DNA of 64,000 nt from Bacteroidota bacterium (GTDB lineage Bacteria; Bacteroidota; Bacteroidia; UBA7662; CANHCV01), in the NCBI GenBank assembly GCA_947501265.1, contig CANMVY010000010.1, positions 19,569 through 83,568 of the forward strand, in the 5' to 3' direction. Below are positions 41,130 through 50,462 of the stretch, in pieces. The translations under genes and the position numbers were made by a program. Each line of letters starts with the position of its first letter. Within the stretch, counting starts at the first letter, position 1. Under the pieces are notes generated by a model. That model was not told where the DNA came from. It was given only the letters and a program-made list of their open reading frames with translations, and did no database searches.

Positions 41130-42299
41130 TTAGAATCGTGGATATTTTGTCACCGAAAGCCAGGGTTGTCCATTTTTTTGGTAACACCACAAATAATAAT
41201 CGCCCCCCGATTTGATTTTCCATTTTTTCGCAATTTCTTCGGGGGTATGGAAAAACTGACGGCAACGGATTTGCAACCTGGTTACCCCCGTTTGTTTCAT
41301 CCATTCTTTCAATTCCTTTTCTTTGAATCGGTTTTCCCAAACCTGCTCGTGGAACGTACCCGGAAGTGGAAAAAAACGAGAAAATGCGTAGTAATGACCT
41401 CCGTCGTTTTCGGCAATTCCTCCATATTTGATTGCTACTTTTTGAGCGCTCCCCAATTTGTGATGTCCTGGATGGGGATCCCACAAAAAACAGCCTTCCT
41501 TCCCTTCCGAAAAATCCATGGATTGGGTTTCGTCCCAGTCTTTTGCCACCACCAAAAACTCGGGTGGACCTTCAAACTCGGGTTCAAAAACAAAGAGTAT
41601 TTCTTTCAGTTCCGTTGCATCGCCCAAGGCAATGACCGTTTTAGGAGGAACAGGAAAACAAGTCATCGATTCGTGAAGAGGAATCATGGGGCTGGCTTTC
41701 ACCACCACCGTTTTCGCTTTTTGCAGCCACATCGGTAAAAGAGCATAGACTTTCGGCTCAGAATCCTCAAGCGAAAACGTTCGCTGATCGGTTACCCGGC
41801 GATCGGGATCCACGTAGATGAGATCGCAAGCGGGCAATTCCTCGGCCGTGGCAGATTGAGGGAAAACGGAAACGTGTTCGCGCCCAAGAAGCGCAAGGTT
41901 GTGCCGAAGCAGACGGGCGCGCTCTTCGTTTTGTTCAAACACCCAAGACTTCTCGAAAGAACCCGAAATGGCCCAAAAATCTACGCCCATTCCGCCGGTT
42001 AAATCGATGAGAAACCCGCCCGAAAAATGCTTTTTTTTCCACATTGCCAAAGCTTCGGAAGTGCATTGCTCCAAAGGAACTCTTGAAAAAAGCATTTGAG
42101 GATGATTCCAACTGGGTAGCTTTTTTTTCGCTTTCCCCCTCAGCTCCAGCTGTTCTAACAAAAAAACCTTGTTAAAATTGGCCGACTTGGGCATCTGAAA
42201 TGCCAATTTTTCGTTGTAGGTTGTACTTTCGTTCAGCCATTTGCGGGCCTCAGGATGCTCCCAAAGGCGTTGCCATTCATTTAAAAGGTCGAAATTCAT
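41130..42299 (-). CDS. Class I SAM methyltransferase with THUMP-like C-terminal domain
   Basis: KKKLP-x-W, EQCTSE, DLTGGMGVD, YVDPDRR, KASP; start at ATG 42299. Confidence 0.88.
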   Translation of the reverse strand: MNFDLLNEWQRLWEHPEARKWLNESTTYNEKLAFQMPKSANFNKVFLLEQLELRGKAKKKLPSWNHPQMLFSRVPLEQCTSEALAMWKKKHFSGGFLIDLTGGMGVDFWAISGSFEKSWVFEQNEERARLLRHNLALLGREHVSVFPQSATAEELPACDLIYVDPDRRVTDQRTFSLEDSEPKVYALLPMWLQKAKTVVVKASPMIPLHESMTCFPVPPKTVIALGDATELKEILFVFEPEFEGPPEFLVVAKDWDETQSMDFSEGKEGCFLWDPHPGHHKLGSAQKVAIKYGGIAENDGGHYYAFSRFFPLPGTFHEQVWENRFKEKELKEWMKQTGVTRLQIRCRQFFHTPEEIAKKWKIKSGGDYYLWCYQKNGQPWLSVTKYPRF

Positions 42300-42315
42300 G
42301 GAAAGAGTAACAAAG

Positions 42316-42498
42316 ATGCACCGATTTTTTGGGATGCTCCTCTTGGGTGGACTACTTTTTTCGGGTTGCCACAAAAAAAACAGTTGCCCGTCTTTCTCAG
42401 ACGTTGGTCCCACCGTTGGGAAAAATGGACAGATGAAAGTAACAAAACCGAGATCGGGATTAATGGATCCAAAAATGTCCAAACCCAAAAAACGTTGA
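42316..42498 (+). CDS. Small lipoprotein (60 aa) with C-x5-CPSF motif
   Basis: MHRFFGMLLLGGLLFSGC-HKKNS-CPSF..., basic tail. Confidence 0.7.
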   Translation: MHRFFGMLLLGGLLFSGCHKKNSCPSFSDVGPTVGKNGQMKVTKPRSGLMDPKMSKPKKR

Positions 42499-42522
42499 TT
42501 AACTTTGTAAAAAATTAAAACG

Positions 42523-42642
42523 ATGAAAAAAATCATTGCCATCGCCGCCTTGTTCACTCTATTCGCAACCACGTCTTGCTACCGTAAAAACCCTTGTCCA
42601 GCTTTTGGAAAGGTTGAAACCAGCAAAACGGCTCGTGGATGA
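42523..42642 (+). CDS. 39-aa micro-lipoprotein with C-x5-CPAF motif (not in ORF track)
   Basis: MKKIIAIAALFTLFATTSC-YRKNP-CPAFGKVETSKTARG*; own TAACTTTG element at 42500-42507; stop overlaps ytxJ start (ATGA). Confidence 0.8.
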   Translation: MKKIIAIAALFTLFATTSCYRKNPCPAFGKVETSKTARG

Positions 42643-42980
42643 GCCTTCCCTGGAGGAAAATCCAACAAATTTCTGACGTAACGGAGGCTTGGGAATCATC
42701 ATTCCACAAGCCTATTTTACTTTTCAAACACAGCACCCGTTGCAGCATCAGCTCCATGGCCCTGAACCGATTGGAACGAAATTGGGCAGGTCATGAAGAA
42801 AAATTAACTCCGTATTACTTGGATTTAATTTCATTTCGAGATGTAAGCAATCACATTGCCACGCTTTCCGGCGTTCAGCATGAGTCGCCCCAAGCCATCG
42901 TTGTAAAAAATGGAGAAGTTGTTTACCACGCTTCCCACAATGGCATTTCGCTTGCCGACATGATGGAGGTTCTTGGATGA
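42639..42980 (+). CDS. ytxJ: Bacillithiol system redox-active protein YtxJ (DUF2847)
   Basis: FKHSTRCSIS, LDLI-x-x-R-x-VSN, HESPQ, ASH. Confidence 0.92.
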   Translation: MSLPWRKIQQISDVTEAWESSFHKPILLFKHSTRCSISSMALNRLERNWAGHEEKLTPYYLDLISFRDVSNHIATLSGVQHESPQAIVVKNGEVVYHASHNGISLADMMEVLG

Positions 42981-43705
42981 AAACGCCTCCGAAATTAAGC
43001 GTTAACATCAATAAATTAGCCACGTTGCGCAATGCTCGTGGTGGAAATAACCCCAATATTCTCGCTTCTGCACTGAAGTGCGAACAATACGGCGCTCAAG
43101 GAATTACGGTGCATCCCCGTCCCGATGAGCGCCACATTCGTTTTTCGGATGTTGCCGAATTGGCCCAACACCTCACAACCGAATTCAACATCGAGGGCTA
43201 CCCGTCCAACGATTTCATCGAAATGGTGCTGAAGTACCGTCCAGCCCAAGTAACGTTGGTTCCCGATCCGCCTCACGTGCTCACCTCCAACAACGGTTGG
43301 GATTGCATCGCTCAGGGCGAATTCTTGAAACCCATCATCGATACTTTCAAAACCGCTGGAATTCGCACTTCAATTTTTTTAAATCCCGATACTGAACAGG
43401 TAAAAGCCGCTCAGCAAACAGGTGCCGATCGCATTGAATTGTACACCGAAATGTTTGCCTCGGCCTACGAAAACGGCGAAAAAAACGGCATTTTGCCGTA
43501 TGTTGCTGCTGCGGAAGAGGCCCAAAAATGCACCTTAGGTCTCAACGCAGGCCACGATTTAAGTTTAGAAAATCTTTCCTTTTTTACTCAGGAAATTCCC
43601 GGATTATTGGAAGTCTCCATTGGGCATGCGCTGGTTTGCGATGCTTTATGGTACGGAATGGAAAATGCAATTCGCATGTACCGACGTTGTTTGGAAACAC
43701 CTTAA
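42977..43705 (+). CDS. pdxJ: Pyridoxine 5'-phosphate synthase
   Basis: LSVNINK-x-ATLRNARG, GITVHPRPDERHI, IELYT, NAGHDL, SIGHA. Confidence 0.97.
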   Translation: MKTPPKLSVNINKLATLRNARGGNNPNILASALKCEQYGAQGITVHPRPDERHIRFSDVAELAQHLTTEFNIEGYPSNDFIEMVLKYRPAQVTLVPDPPHVLTSNNGWDCIAQGEFLKPIIDTFKTAGIRTSIFLNPDTEQVKAAQQTGADRIELYTEMFASAYENGEKNGILPYVAAAEEAQKCTLGLNAGHDLSLENLSFFTQEIPGLLEVSIGHALVCDALWYGMENAIRMYRRCLETP

Positions 43706-43722
43706 TTACCACGACACAAAAC

Positions 43723-43757
43723 AAAGAAGGGGCTGATTATTTTTCAGCCCCTTCTTT
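43723..43757. terminator. Bidirectional intrinsic terminator
   Basis: AAAGAAGGGGCTGA-N7-TCAGCCCCTTCTTT between convergent pdxJ and paaD. Confidence 0.9.
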
Positions 43758-43771
43758 TTAAATTGAATTGG

Positions 43772-44251
43772 TTAAATCGGTTTGAACGCTTCAAACGCCT
43801 GAAGGCAGTCGAAACAATAATGCAAACTTCGACATAAGGTTGGGCCGAAAGGCGATTTCATGGTGGTGTTTTCACTATCGCAATGCGGACAAGTGGTATG
43901 CGCCAATTGGTTCATATCGATATTCCCGTTGTGTTGAGGCGGTGGAGCCAAACCAAAATTCTTGATGATTTCTTTTCCTTTGGCGCTGATGCGATCGGTA
44001 TTCCATTGAACATCGAAGTTGGTTTCTACGGAAACTTCTTCAAAACCCAAGGCTTTTACGGCATCGTGCACCTGTTTCTCCATCAATTTGATGGCCGGGC
44101 AACCCGAGAACGTAGGAGTCATTTTCACCGACGCCCGGCTTTCGTTCATGCTCACATCCGTAATGATTCCCAAATCTACCACGGATAGAACCGGAATTTC
44201 GGGATCCATCACCGCTTCGAGGGCGGTCCAAATATCTTTTTCGATTACCAT
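43772..44251 (-). CDS. paaD: Phenylacetyl-CoA epoxidase subunit PaaD (PaaJ)
   Basis: DPEIPVLSVVDLG, TPTFSGCPA, CPHC, FGPTLCRSLHYC-x-x-C-x-x-x-F. Confidence 0.95.
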   Translation of the reverse strand: MVIEKDIWTALEAVMDPEIPVLSVVDLGIITDVSMNESRASVKMTPTFSGCPAIKLMEKQVHDAVKALGFEEVSVETNFDVQWNTDRISAKGKEIIKNFGLAPPPQHNGNIDMNQLAHTTCPHCDSENTTMKSPFGPTLCRSLHYCFDCLQAFEAFKPI

Positions 44252-45006
44252 TCGGCGGAGGGATCTAAGCGGAAAACTTCTCCCATTTCATCCAAAAGGG
44301 GTTGCAAAAATTCGGAGTGGTAGCCTTTTCCGCCGCCCAAAACGGGTTGCGCCAATTGCGGTAAGGAATATCCCCATTCCAACAATTGTGCTCCAACCTG
44401 CTGCATCCAGGCATCTTTCAACGTAGACTCCCCTTCAAAAATTCCCTCGGCGATTAACACTTCCTCTCCTTCTACCGATTCAAAAGCACCCAAAGCGAAC
44501 GGAAAAACTTCGTTTACGGCCGATTGCATGCGGGCCTTGCTCACTTCGTTCCCATCCATGAGCTGTTTCATCCACGTTTGAGCATGAAAAACATGGTATT
44601 TTACTTCTCCATGAAACTTCTTGGCCAATTTAGCCAAAGGTTCATAACTGGAATGCGAAAGCATTTCGTACCGAAGCAATTGGGCCAAATCGTAAAAATA
44701 GTGACGCGCAAGGCTGAAATCGTATTCTCCCGTTGGTTGTTCTACCAAATGAGATGAATAAAATTCCTTTTCGTTTCGGGTAAATGCAACTTGATCGGGG
44801 TGAGCAAAACCAAAATTTGACTCTAACAATTGGTACAAATTCCACGCTTGACCTACTTGATCTTGGGCAATGGAAGCGAAAGCAATGTCTTCTTCGATGA
44901 TGGGTCCAATTCCGGTCCACTCGCTGTTGCGGTGGCCCATCACCAACAAATTATCAGCCAATTGCAACATGAATTGCTGTAAGGGTTGCTTGATGTTATC
45001 CTGCAT
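44245..45006 (-). CDS. paaC: Phenylacetyl-CoA epoxidase subunit PaaC
   Basis: LAD-x-x-LV-x-GHR-x-SEW-x-G-x-x-P, EEDIA, LVEQP, E-x-x-YH, ends AEW. Confidence 0.95.
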   Translation of the reverse strand: MQDNIKQPLQQFMLQLADNLLVMGHRNSEWTGIGPIIEEDIAFASIAQDQVGQAWNLYQLLESNFGFAHPDQVAFTRNEKEFYSSHLVEQPTGEYDFSLARHYFYDLAQLLRYEMLSHSSYEPLAKLAKKFHGEVKYHVFHAQTWMKQLMDGNEVSKARMQSAVNEVFPFALGAFESVEGEEVLIAEGIFEGESTLKDAWMQQVGAQLLEWGYSLPQLAQPVLGGGKGYHSEFLQPLLDEMGEVFRLDPSAEW

Positions 45007-45385
45007 GATTTTTTTGTTTGGCGACCCATTGGTCGATTTTATCTTTTACGGAATAAGAGGCTGGGTCGCGGAACGATTTTTCGGGTGTAGTTGCAAACAC
45101 ATCGGCGTCGGCATAATCGGTCGCCATCATGTCTTCGGATTTAACTACCCAAAGGTTAACCGTTTCACCTCTGCGAGCGAATTGTTCTTTGGCGAAGGCC
45201 AAGGCCAATTCAGAAGAAGTGGCGTGAACAATTCCAACGTGTTCGTGGTGGGTTCCTCTTTTCTTTTGATGAAATACTTCGTAAGTGGGCCAATTCTCCA
45301 ATGGATGAAGCATGGCTTGGGGATTTTCTGTATCGGCATCAATTTGAATACGATTGATGCGGGGATCTAAAGATTTAATTTTCAT
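44996..45385 (-). CDS. paaB: Phenylacetyl-CoA epoxidase subunit PaaB
   Basis: WPTYEVF, HVG-x-VHA, AL-x-x-A-x-x-x-F-x-RR, LWVV. Confidence 0.93.
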   Translation of the reverse strand: MKIKSLDPRINRIQIDADTENPQAMLHPLENWPTYEVFHQKKRGTHHEHVGIVHATSSELALAFAKEQFARRGETVNLWVVKSEDMMATDYADADVFATTPEKSFRDPASYSVKDKIDQWVAKQKNHAG

Positions 45386-45389
45386 ACCA

Positions 45390-46373
45390 TTATGCGAATG
45401 GAACGGTGTATTTCATATCGGCTTTCAACAAAGCTTCTCTTACCCAACGTCCGCGTTCTTCAGCGGTGCGACGAACGGCCAAACGCTCTTTGTTCAACGG
45501 TCCATTTCCTTTGATCACCTCAAAGAATAAATTCCAATCGGGATCGGCGAAAGCCCATTTTCCTGTAAGTGGATTTCTTTTCAACTCGTTATCGGGAAGG
45601 GTAAGTCCCAATTCCCAAATTTTAGGAACGTACATGCTGATGAATTGCTGACGCATATCGTCGTTAGAGGCCATTTTCACTTTCCAACGCATCAATTTTT
45701 CGGTATGAACGGACATGGTGTCGCTGGGTCCGAAAAAGTGCATCAACGGTTGCCACCAACGGTTCAATGCTTCTTGAAGCATGGTTCGCTGCATTTCTGT
45801 ACCGGTTGCCAAGAACACCACATTGTCGTGTCCTTGCTTCAAGTGAAACGACTCTTCGTAGCAGATGCGCTCGAGGGCACGAACATAAGGACCGTACGAT
45901 CCTTTGGAGTTGGCCACTTGATTCACGATGGCTGCTCCATCAACCAACCAACCGATAACGGCTACGTCGGCCCAGGTGAAAGCGGGGTAATTAAAAACGT
46001 TGGAATACTTGGATTTTCCGTTAATCAAATCATTGATCATGGCTTCACGACTTTTCCCAAGCGTTTCAGCTGCAGAATAAAGCAGTTGAGCGTGTCCCAT
46101 TTCGTCTTGAACCTTGGCCATCAAAGCCAATTTGCGACGAAAACCGGGAGCACGGGTGATCCATGTTCCTTCAGGAAGGGCGCCAATCACTTCCGAGTGG
46201 GCATGTTGTTCAATCATTCGTACCAATTGCTTGCGGTAATCGGCTGGCATCCAATCCTTGGGTTCAATTTTGTCGCCAGCTGCGATGCGAGCTTCGAATT
46301 CGGCCAAAGCGATAGGATCGTCTTGGTTGGTTTGAAGGGTTTCTTCCCCTCCGATGTATCCACCTCCGTACAT
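45390..46373 (-). CDS. paaA: Phenylacetyl-CoA epoxidase catalytic subunit PaaA
   Basis: [21 protein letters not shown]-x-GH, EESFH di-iron ligands. Confidence 0.97.
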   Translation of the reverse strand: MYGGGYIGGEETLQTNQDDPIALAEFEARIAAGDKIEPKDWMPADYRKQLVRMIEQHAHSEVIGALPEGTWITRAPGFRRKLALMAKVQDEMGHAQLLYSAAETLGKSREAMINDLINGKSKYSNVFNYPAFTWADVAVIGWLVDGAAIVNQVANSKGSYGPYVRALERICYEESFHLKQGHDNVVFLATGTEMQRTMLQEALNRWWQPLMHFFGPSDTMSVHTEKLMRWKVKMASNDDMRQQFISMYVPKIWELGLTLPDNELKRNPLTGKWAFADPDWNLFFEVIKGNGPLNKERLAVRRTAEERGRWVREALLKADMKYTVPFA

Positions 46374-46377
46374 AGGT

Positions 46378-46956
46378 TTATTTTTTAGTTAATCCGTTTA
46401 ACAATAAGTTAGACAGGTTTTGAGCCACCTGTTCGGGCGATAATTTTCCTTCGGGTTTGTACCAGTCGTAAATCCAATTCAGACCGGAAAGCAAGGAAAG
46501 AACGGCAATTTTTTCATCTTCGAACTGGAATTTGCCCTCTTCTTTTCCTTGATGAATGATGCGAATCAGGTAGTTTTCATAGGCCTTTCGCAAAGCGATA
46601 AACTCGGCCAAGGGCTCGGGCGACAAATGACGCCATTCGTGCAAGAAAACGGCAGAAGCATCGAGGTTATTGGTGATGACCCGCACATGGGCTTCGATGG
46701 CTTTTTGCAGCAAGAGAGGTGCGGGCATCGTTTGGAGTTCCATTTCTTTCTTGGCATCCATAAAAGCATCAGCCAACCGAAAACAAATGGATGAAAGTAA
46801 GGCTTCCTTGTTTTTGATGTGCGAATAAATCGAAGCGGCTTCCATTCCAACGGCTTGAGCCAAATCGCGCATAGAAGTAGCTGCATAGCCTTTTTTTCGG
46901 AATAATTCCGTGGCTACACCTTCGATTTGAACTTTTCTGGAAACGATTTCTGACAT
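46378..46956 (-). CDS. paaR: TetR family repressor (PaaR-like)
   Basis: TetR HTH, KstR2/PaaR-type C-terminus [11 protein letters not shown]; heads the paa operon; PaaR box upstream. Confidence 0.85.
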   Translation of the reverse strand: MSEIVSRKVQIEGVATELFRKKGYAATSMRDLAQAVGMEAASIYSHIKNKEALLSSICFRLADAFMDAKKEMELQTMPAPLLLQKAIEAHVRVITNNLDASAVFLHEWRHLSPEPLAEFIALRKAYENYLIRIIHQGKEEGKFQFEDEKIAVLSLLSGLNWIYDWYKPEGKLSPEQVAQNLSNLLLNGLTKK

Positions 46957-46962
46957 GTACTA

Positions 46963-46978
46963 CCTAACGTTCGTTAGG
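46963..46978. promoter_or_regulatory. PaaR operator palindrome
   Basis: CCTAACG-TT-CGTTAGG; fits the CNAACGNNCGTTNG consensus described for Thermus PaaR; 6 nt upstream of the TetR start. Confidence 0.85.
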
Positions 46979-47032
46979 CAAAGGAAAGGAAGAATTTTGA
47001 AACTTCCAAGGGATGGGCAAACTTTCATCAAA

Positions 47033-47065
47033 AAAAAAGCAGAACAACATCTGTTCTGCTTTTTT
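47033..47065 (-). terminator. Intrinsic terminator of the rhodopsin gene
   Basis: AAAAAAGCAGAACA-N5-TGTTCTGCTTTTTT. Confidence 0.88.
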
Positions 47066-47083
47066 CTAGGGTTTCGTAGAGAA

Positions 47084-47800
47084 TCAATCTTCTTTGCGAG
47101 ACAATCCATAAATTACTAATCCAAAACCAATTTTGTTGATGGCATCAGCAATGTTGTAAACGATATCCATGGAATGAGATGCTGCGGCAGGATCATCTAC
47201 CAAAGCAATACCAAACAAACCACCTGGAGTTCCTAACATGTAACCCAAGGGATAAATGGCCCAACCTACCAAAACGAACCATCCTAAAACGCGGGTGGCC
47301 TTTTGAACTTGAGGACCAGCAGATTTTGCCAATTGAGCTACTTCTCCGTACCAAATCAAGTAAACAATGTAGAAGTAAGCAATACCCGATAGGGTTCCCC
47401 ACATCACACTGCTTTCGCGATCGATGGTTTCACCAAAGTAACCGGTAACAAGCATAATTAATGATGCAACGATTAATTTCCAAAGAAGACCAATTTTTGC
47501 TCCAGCTTTTTTGGTAATCAAATAGAACTCAACGCACATCAAGGGCACGGTGAGAATCCAATCGACATAACGGAAAAAGGTTGGTGACTCTCCTGTTTCA
47601 AGGTTGTACCCTCGCATGTAGTAGTAATGAACTGCTGCGATAAAGGTAATTAACCCCGAAACCAATACCGATGTTCTCCATTTTTGAGTGGTGTTGTTCA
47701 ACTCAAAAAAGAAGAAAACCGAGGCGGCCATCATGGCCATCGTTCCGATGAAGAACGTGAAAGCAACGTAATTGTCACTGGCAATTTTTAGGTGCTCCAT
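47084..47800 (-). CDS. Proteorhodopsin, DTE proton pump, green-absorbing
   Basis: RYVDWILTVPLMCVE (D97/T101/M105/E108), His in AAVHY, retinal Lys in DAINKIGFG. Confidence 0.97.
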   Translation of the reverse strand: MEHLKIASDNYVAFTFFIGTMAMMAASVFFFFELNNTTQKWRTSVLVSGLITFIAAVHYYYMRGYNLETGESPTFFRYVDWILTVPLMCVEFYLITKKAGAKIGLLWKLIVASLIMLVTGYFGETIDRESSVMWGTLSGIAYFYIVYLIWYGEVAQLAKSAGPQVQKATRVLGWFVLVGWAIYPLGYMLGTPGGLFGIALVDDPAAASHSMDIVYNIADAINKIGFGLVIYGLSRKED

Positions 47801-47967
47801 AAAAAAAAATTGTTTTGTTGTCTTACTCTTAGGATTTTCAGTTTCTCCGCGTTTTTTAAGGTGTTCTCTGCCTACACCACAAATGATTTTTTTAAAATTA
47901 ACAAAAAAATCCTAAGCTTGTTTTTATAACAAGCAATAAACTGAATATAAATGAATGAATTACGCCC

Positions 47968-48987
47968 CTACAGCCTTGAATCGGCTAAAATTTTTTTTGC
48001 AACCTCGGAGTAACTTAATTCGTTTGCTACAATTTTTCCAGCGCATTTCCCCAATCGTTTGTCAAATCCGCCCTCGTAAAATCGGTCGTAATAATCCAAG
48101 AAAAGATGAATGGCCGACGGTAGATCTCCGGCAACGATGAATTCCCCGGCTTTCTTCGCGTGTTGAGGCCCCATCTTACGGCTAACTCGCTGAAGCGAGC
48201 CCAGAAGATCTTCGGTGGCACTCCCCCCGTAATCGGTCATGATTTGCTGAACGCGTTCCTCTCGGGAACGCTCCACCACCCAATAATCGCCATCTACCAT
48301 GAGATCCCAAAGGGGATTGGGCACTACGCATTTCCCGATGGTGATGGATTCTCCTTCCACCCAAATGGGTTGATCCAAATCCAACCGCCCAACAACATTG
48401 AACAAATCATTTTGAAATTGCTCCGTGGTGGGTTGCACTCCCATGCCCAAGTGTCCGAAAGCACTTCCTCGGTGATGGGCCAATCCTTCCAAATCGATGA
48501 ATTGAGCGCCTAGCTTCTCCATTTCCTGAAGAATGAGGGTTTTGCCACTTCCGGTATTTCCTACCAACAACCGCAATTCACGAATTCGACCGAGCAAATC
48601 CATACCGGCCTGACGGAAGGCTTTGTAACCACCATCCACTACTTGCACATCCAAACCGCCGGTTTGCAGCAGCCACGCCATGGAGGCCGAACGTTTCCCG
48701 CCCCTCCAACACATCACGGTAAGCGGTTTTTCTTGGGCCCAATCGCGTGCACTTCGTAAAAAAGTCGACAATTTGTGGCCAACGAATTCCAAGCCCAACT
48801 CAATGGCCGCATGTTGACCTTCCTTTTTGTACAAGGTTCCTACTGCGGCCCTTTCTTCATCGGAAAACAAGGGAAGCGAAATGGAATGCGGAATGTGTCC
48901 GGCAGCGAATTCGCCTGGCGAACGCACATCAATAATCCAACGATCGCGGCGACCTAGTACTTCAGAAGCATTTATGCGTTTAACCAC
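47968..48987 (-). CDS. mnmH: tRNA 2-selenouridine(34) synthase
   Basis: Rhodanese DVRSP-x-EF-x-x-GHIP, CWRGGKRS, P-loop GNTGSGKT, DLEGLAHHRGSAFG. Confidence 0.95.
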   Translation of the reverse strand: MVKRINASEVLGRRDRWIIDVRSPGEFAAGHIPHSISLPLFSDEERAAVGTLYKKEGQHAAIELGLEFVGHKLSTFLRSARDWAQEKPLTVMCWRGGKRSASMAWLLQTGGLDVQVVDGGYKAFRQAGMDLLGRIRELRLLVGNTGSGKTLILQEMEKLGAQFIDLEGLAHHRGSAFGHLGMGVQPTTEQFQNDLFNVVGRLDLDQPIWVEGESITIGKCVVPNPLWDLMVDGDYWVVERSREERVQQIMTDYGGSATEDLLGSLQRVSRKMGPQHAKKAGEFIVAGDLPSAIHLFLDYYDRFYEGGFDKRLGKCAGKIVANELSYSEVAKKILADSRL

Positions 48988-49718
48988 AACTTCCTCCCTT
49001 CTTCCCTCAGCTCCAAAATGGTGGCACGCACCAATTCCGACAAATCCTCTGGCGTAAGTCCTTGGTACTTTTCTTTCGATATGGGATGTCCGAATACCAA
49101 TGCAACCCTTCCTGGCGTAATTTTTAATCCATCTGGCGGTAAAACTTGGTAGGCCCCAACAATCCCCATCGGAATAATATCCAAGTCGTTGTTGATGGCC
49201 AAGTGAAAGCTCCCCTTTTTAAAAGGAAGGACTTCTCCGTTTCGAGTTCGTGTACCATCGGGGAAAAGGATGACCGCTTTTCCATTTTTTATTTTTAGTC
49301 CTGCTGCGTGGATGGACTCGAAGGCTTTTTCCTTGTTGCTGCGATCGATGAAAATCATATCGGTAGCCATCATGGCCCAACCGATGAAGGGAACTCTCCG
49401 CAATTCTTGTTTTCCAACGAAACTCAGCAAATGCGGTGCTCCGTAGGCAGCAATGGGAATATCGATCAGGGATTCGTGGTTGCACAAATAAACTTGTCCG
49501 GTATTCATGGGAACCCGTTCACGGTAAAATACTTTGAGTTTAGCACCCAATACCCAAAGTACGGCCGGAGCCCACCAACGAGCGCCGAAATAAATTCCCA
49601 AACGGTGATTGGGGTCGAGAATTCCACCAAGTACACCCAAAGAAGCGCCGATGATGGTAACCACCACGCCCAAGATCACCCGAACGGGAAGAAGAACGGT
49701 ATTAAAAAAGGTGCGCAT
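48972..49718 (-). CDS. plsC: 1-acyl-sn-glycerol-3-phosphate acyltransferase
   Basis: NHESLID, FIDR, FPDGTR, FKKG; start at ATG 49718. Confidence 0.92.
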   Translation of the reverse strand: MRTFFNTVLLPVRVILGVVVTIIGASLGVLGGILDPNHRLGIYFGARWWAPAVLWVLGAKLKVFYRERVPMNTGQVYLCNHESLIDIPIAAYGAPHLLSFVGKQELRRVPFIGWAMMATDMIFIDRSNKEKAFESIHAAGLKIKNGKAVILFPDGTRTRNGEVLPFKKGSFHLAINNDLDIIPMGIVGAYQVLPPDGLKITPGRVALVFGHPISKEKYQGLTPEDLSELVRATILELREEGRKLWLNA

Positions 49719-50397
49719 ACCGTTCGGGATTTTTTTCAAAAACAGACAAAATTCGTTCGGCGCCTTGAACCGAGTAGTGCGCCCAACGGAAAAGCAAGTT
49801 ATACCGATCTTCATCGGACATTAAGAAAGGAATTTCGGAATCTTGCAATCGTTGGCGAAGGGTGTGGAGGGAAAGCGCTACGGAAACAGAAACGTTGAAA
49901 CTTTCGGTGAATCCGTACATAGGAAGTTCGAGAAAATCATCGGCAAGGCGCACCACTTCGTTGGAAATCCCTTCGCGTTCATTGCCAAAAAACAGGGCGA
50001 TGGGCTGTTCTAAAGGGAGGGTTTCTGGGGAATAGCCGCCCCGATGTGGGGAGGTAGCTACGATGCGGTAGCCTTTTGATTTCAGATGAGAAACGGCGGA
50101 GAGAACATTGTTTTCGGTTCCGGTATGGTACGTTACATCCACCCAATTTTCGGCACCTTTGGCAATTGCATGGGCCACTTTCGGTGTTTTTTGATAGTCC
50201 ATCACGTGCAAATCCTGAACCCCATAACAATCGCAATTGCGAATGATTGCCGCCGAATTATGGTCATTTTGGATGTCTTCCAAAGCAATGGCAACATGGC
50301 GGGTGCGTGATCCTGCAACGCGTTCCAATTGATCAATGCGCTGTTCGGTCATGCAGGATTTTAAAAATTTGTATCGTATTTCGTTATTAATTTCCAC
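49702..50397 (-). CDS. trmH: tRNA (guanosine-2'-O) methyltransferase TrmH family
   Basis: HN-x-x-A-x-x-R-x-CD, FGNEREG, PMYGFTESFNVSV. Confidence 0.9.
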   Translation of the reverse strand: MEINNEIRYKFLKSCMTEQRIDQLERVAGSRTRHVAIALEDIQNDHNSAAIIRNCDCYGVQDLHVMDYQKTPKVAHAIAKGAENWVDVTYHTGTENNVLSAVSHLKSKGYRIVATSPHRGGYSPETLPLEQPIALFFGNEREGISNEVVRLADDFLELPMYGFTESFNVSVSVALSLHTLRQRLQDSEIPFLMSDEDRYNLLFRWAHYSVQGAERILSVFEKNPERYAHLF

Positions 50398-50462
50398 GTT
50401 GCAAAGAAAAGGAAGTAAAAGTTGGGAGTGTTCTCTTTATTTTTGTAGCAAAATTAAGTGGC

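Noticed and set aside
40334-41738. Long plus-strand ORFs 40334-41083 and 41076-41738 (also 1566-2339 minus and 45645-46388 plus)
   Set aside because: Antisense shadows of well-supported genes
50398-50462. Cobalamin riboswitch upstream of the DUF6580 transporter
   Set aside because: 65-bp intergenic region is too short and has no B12 box
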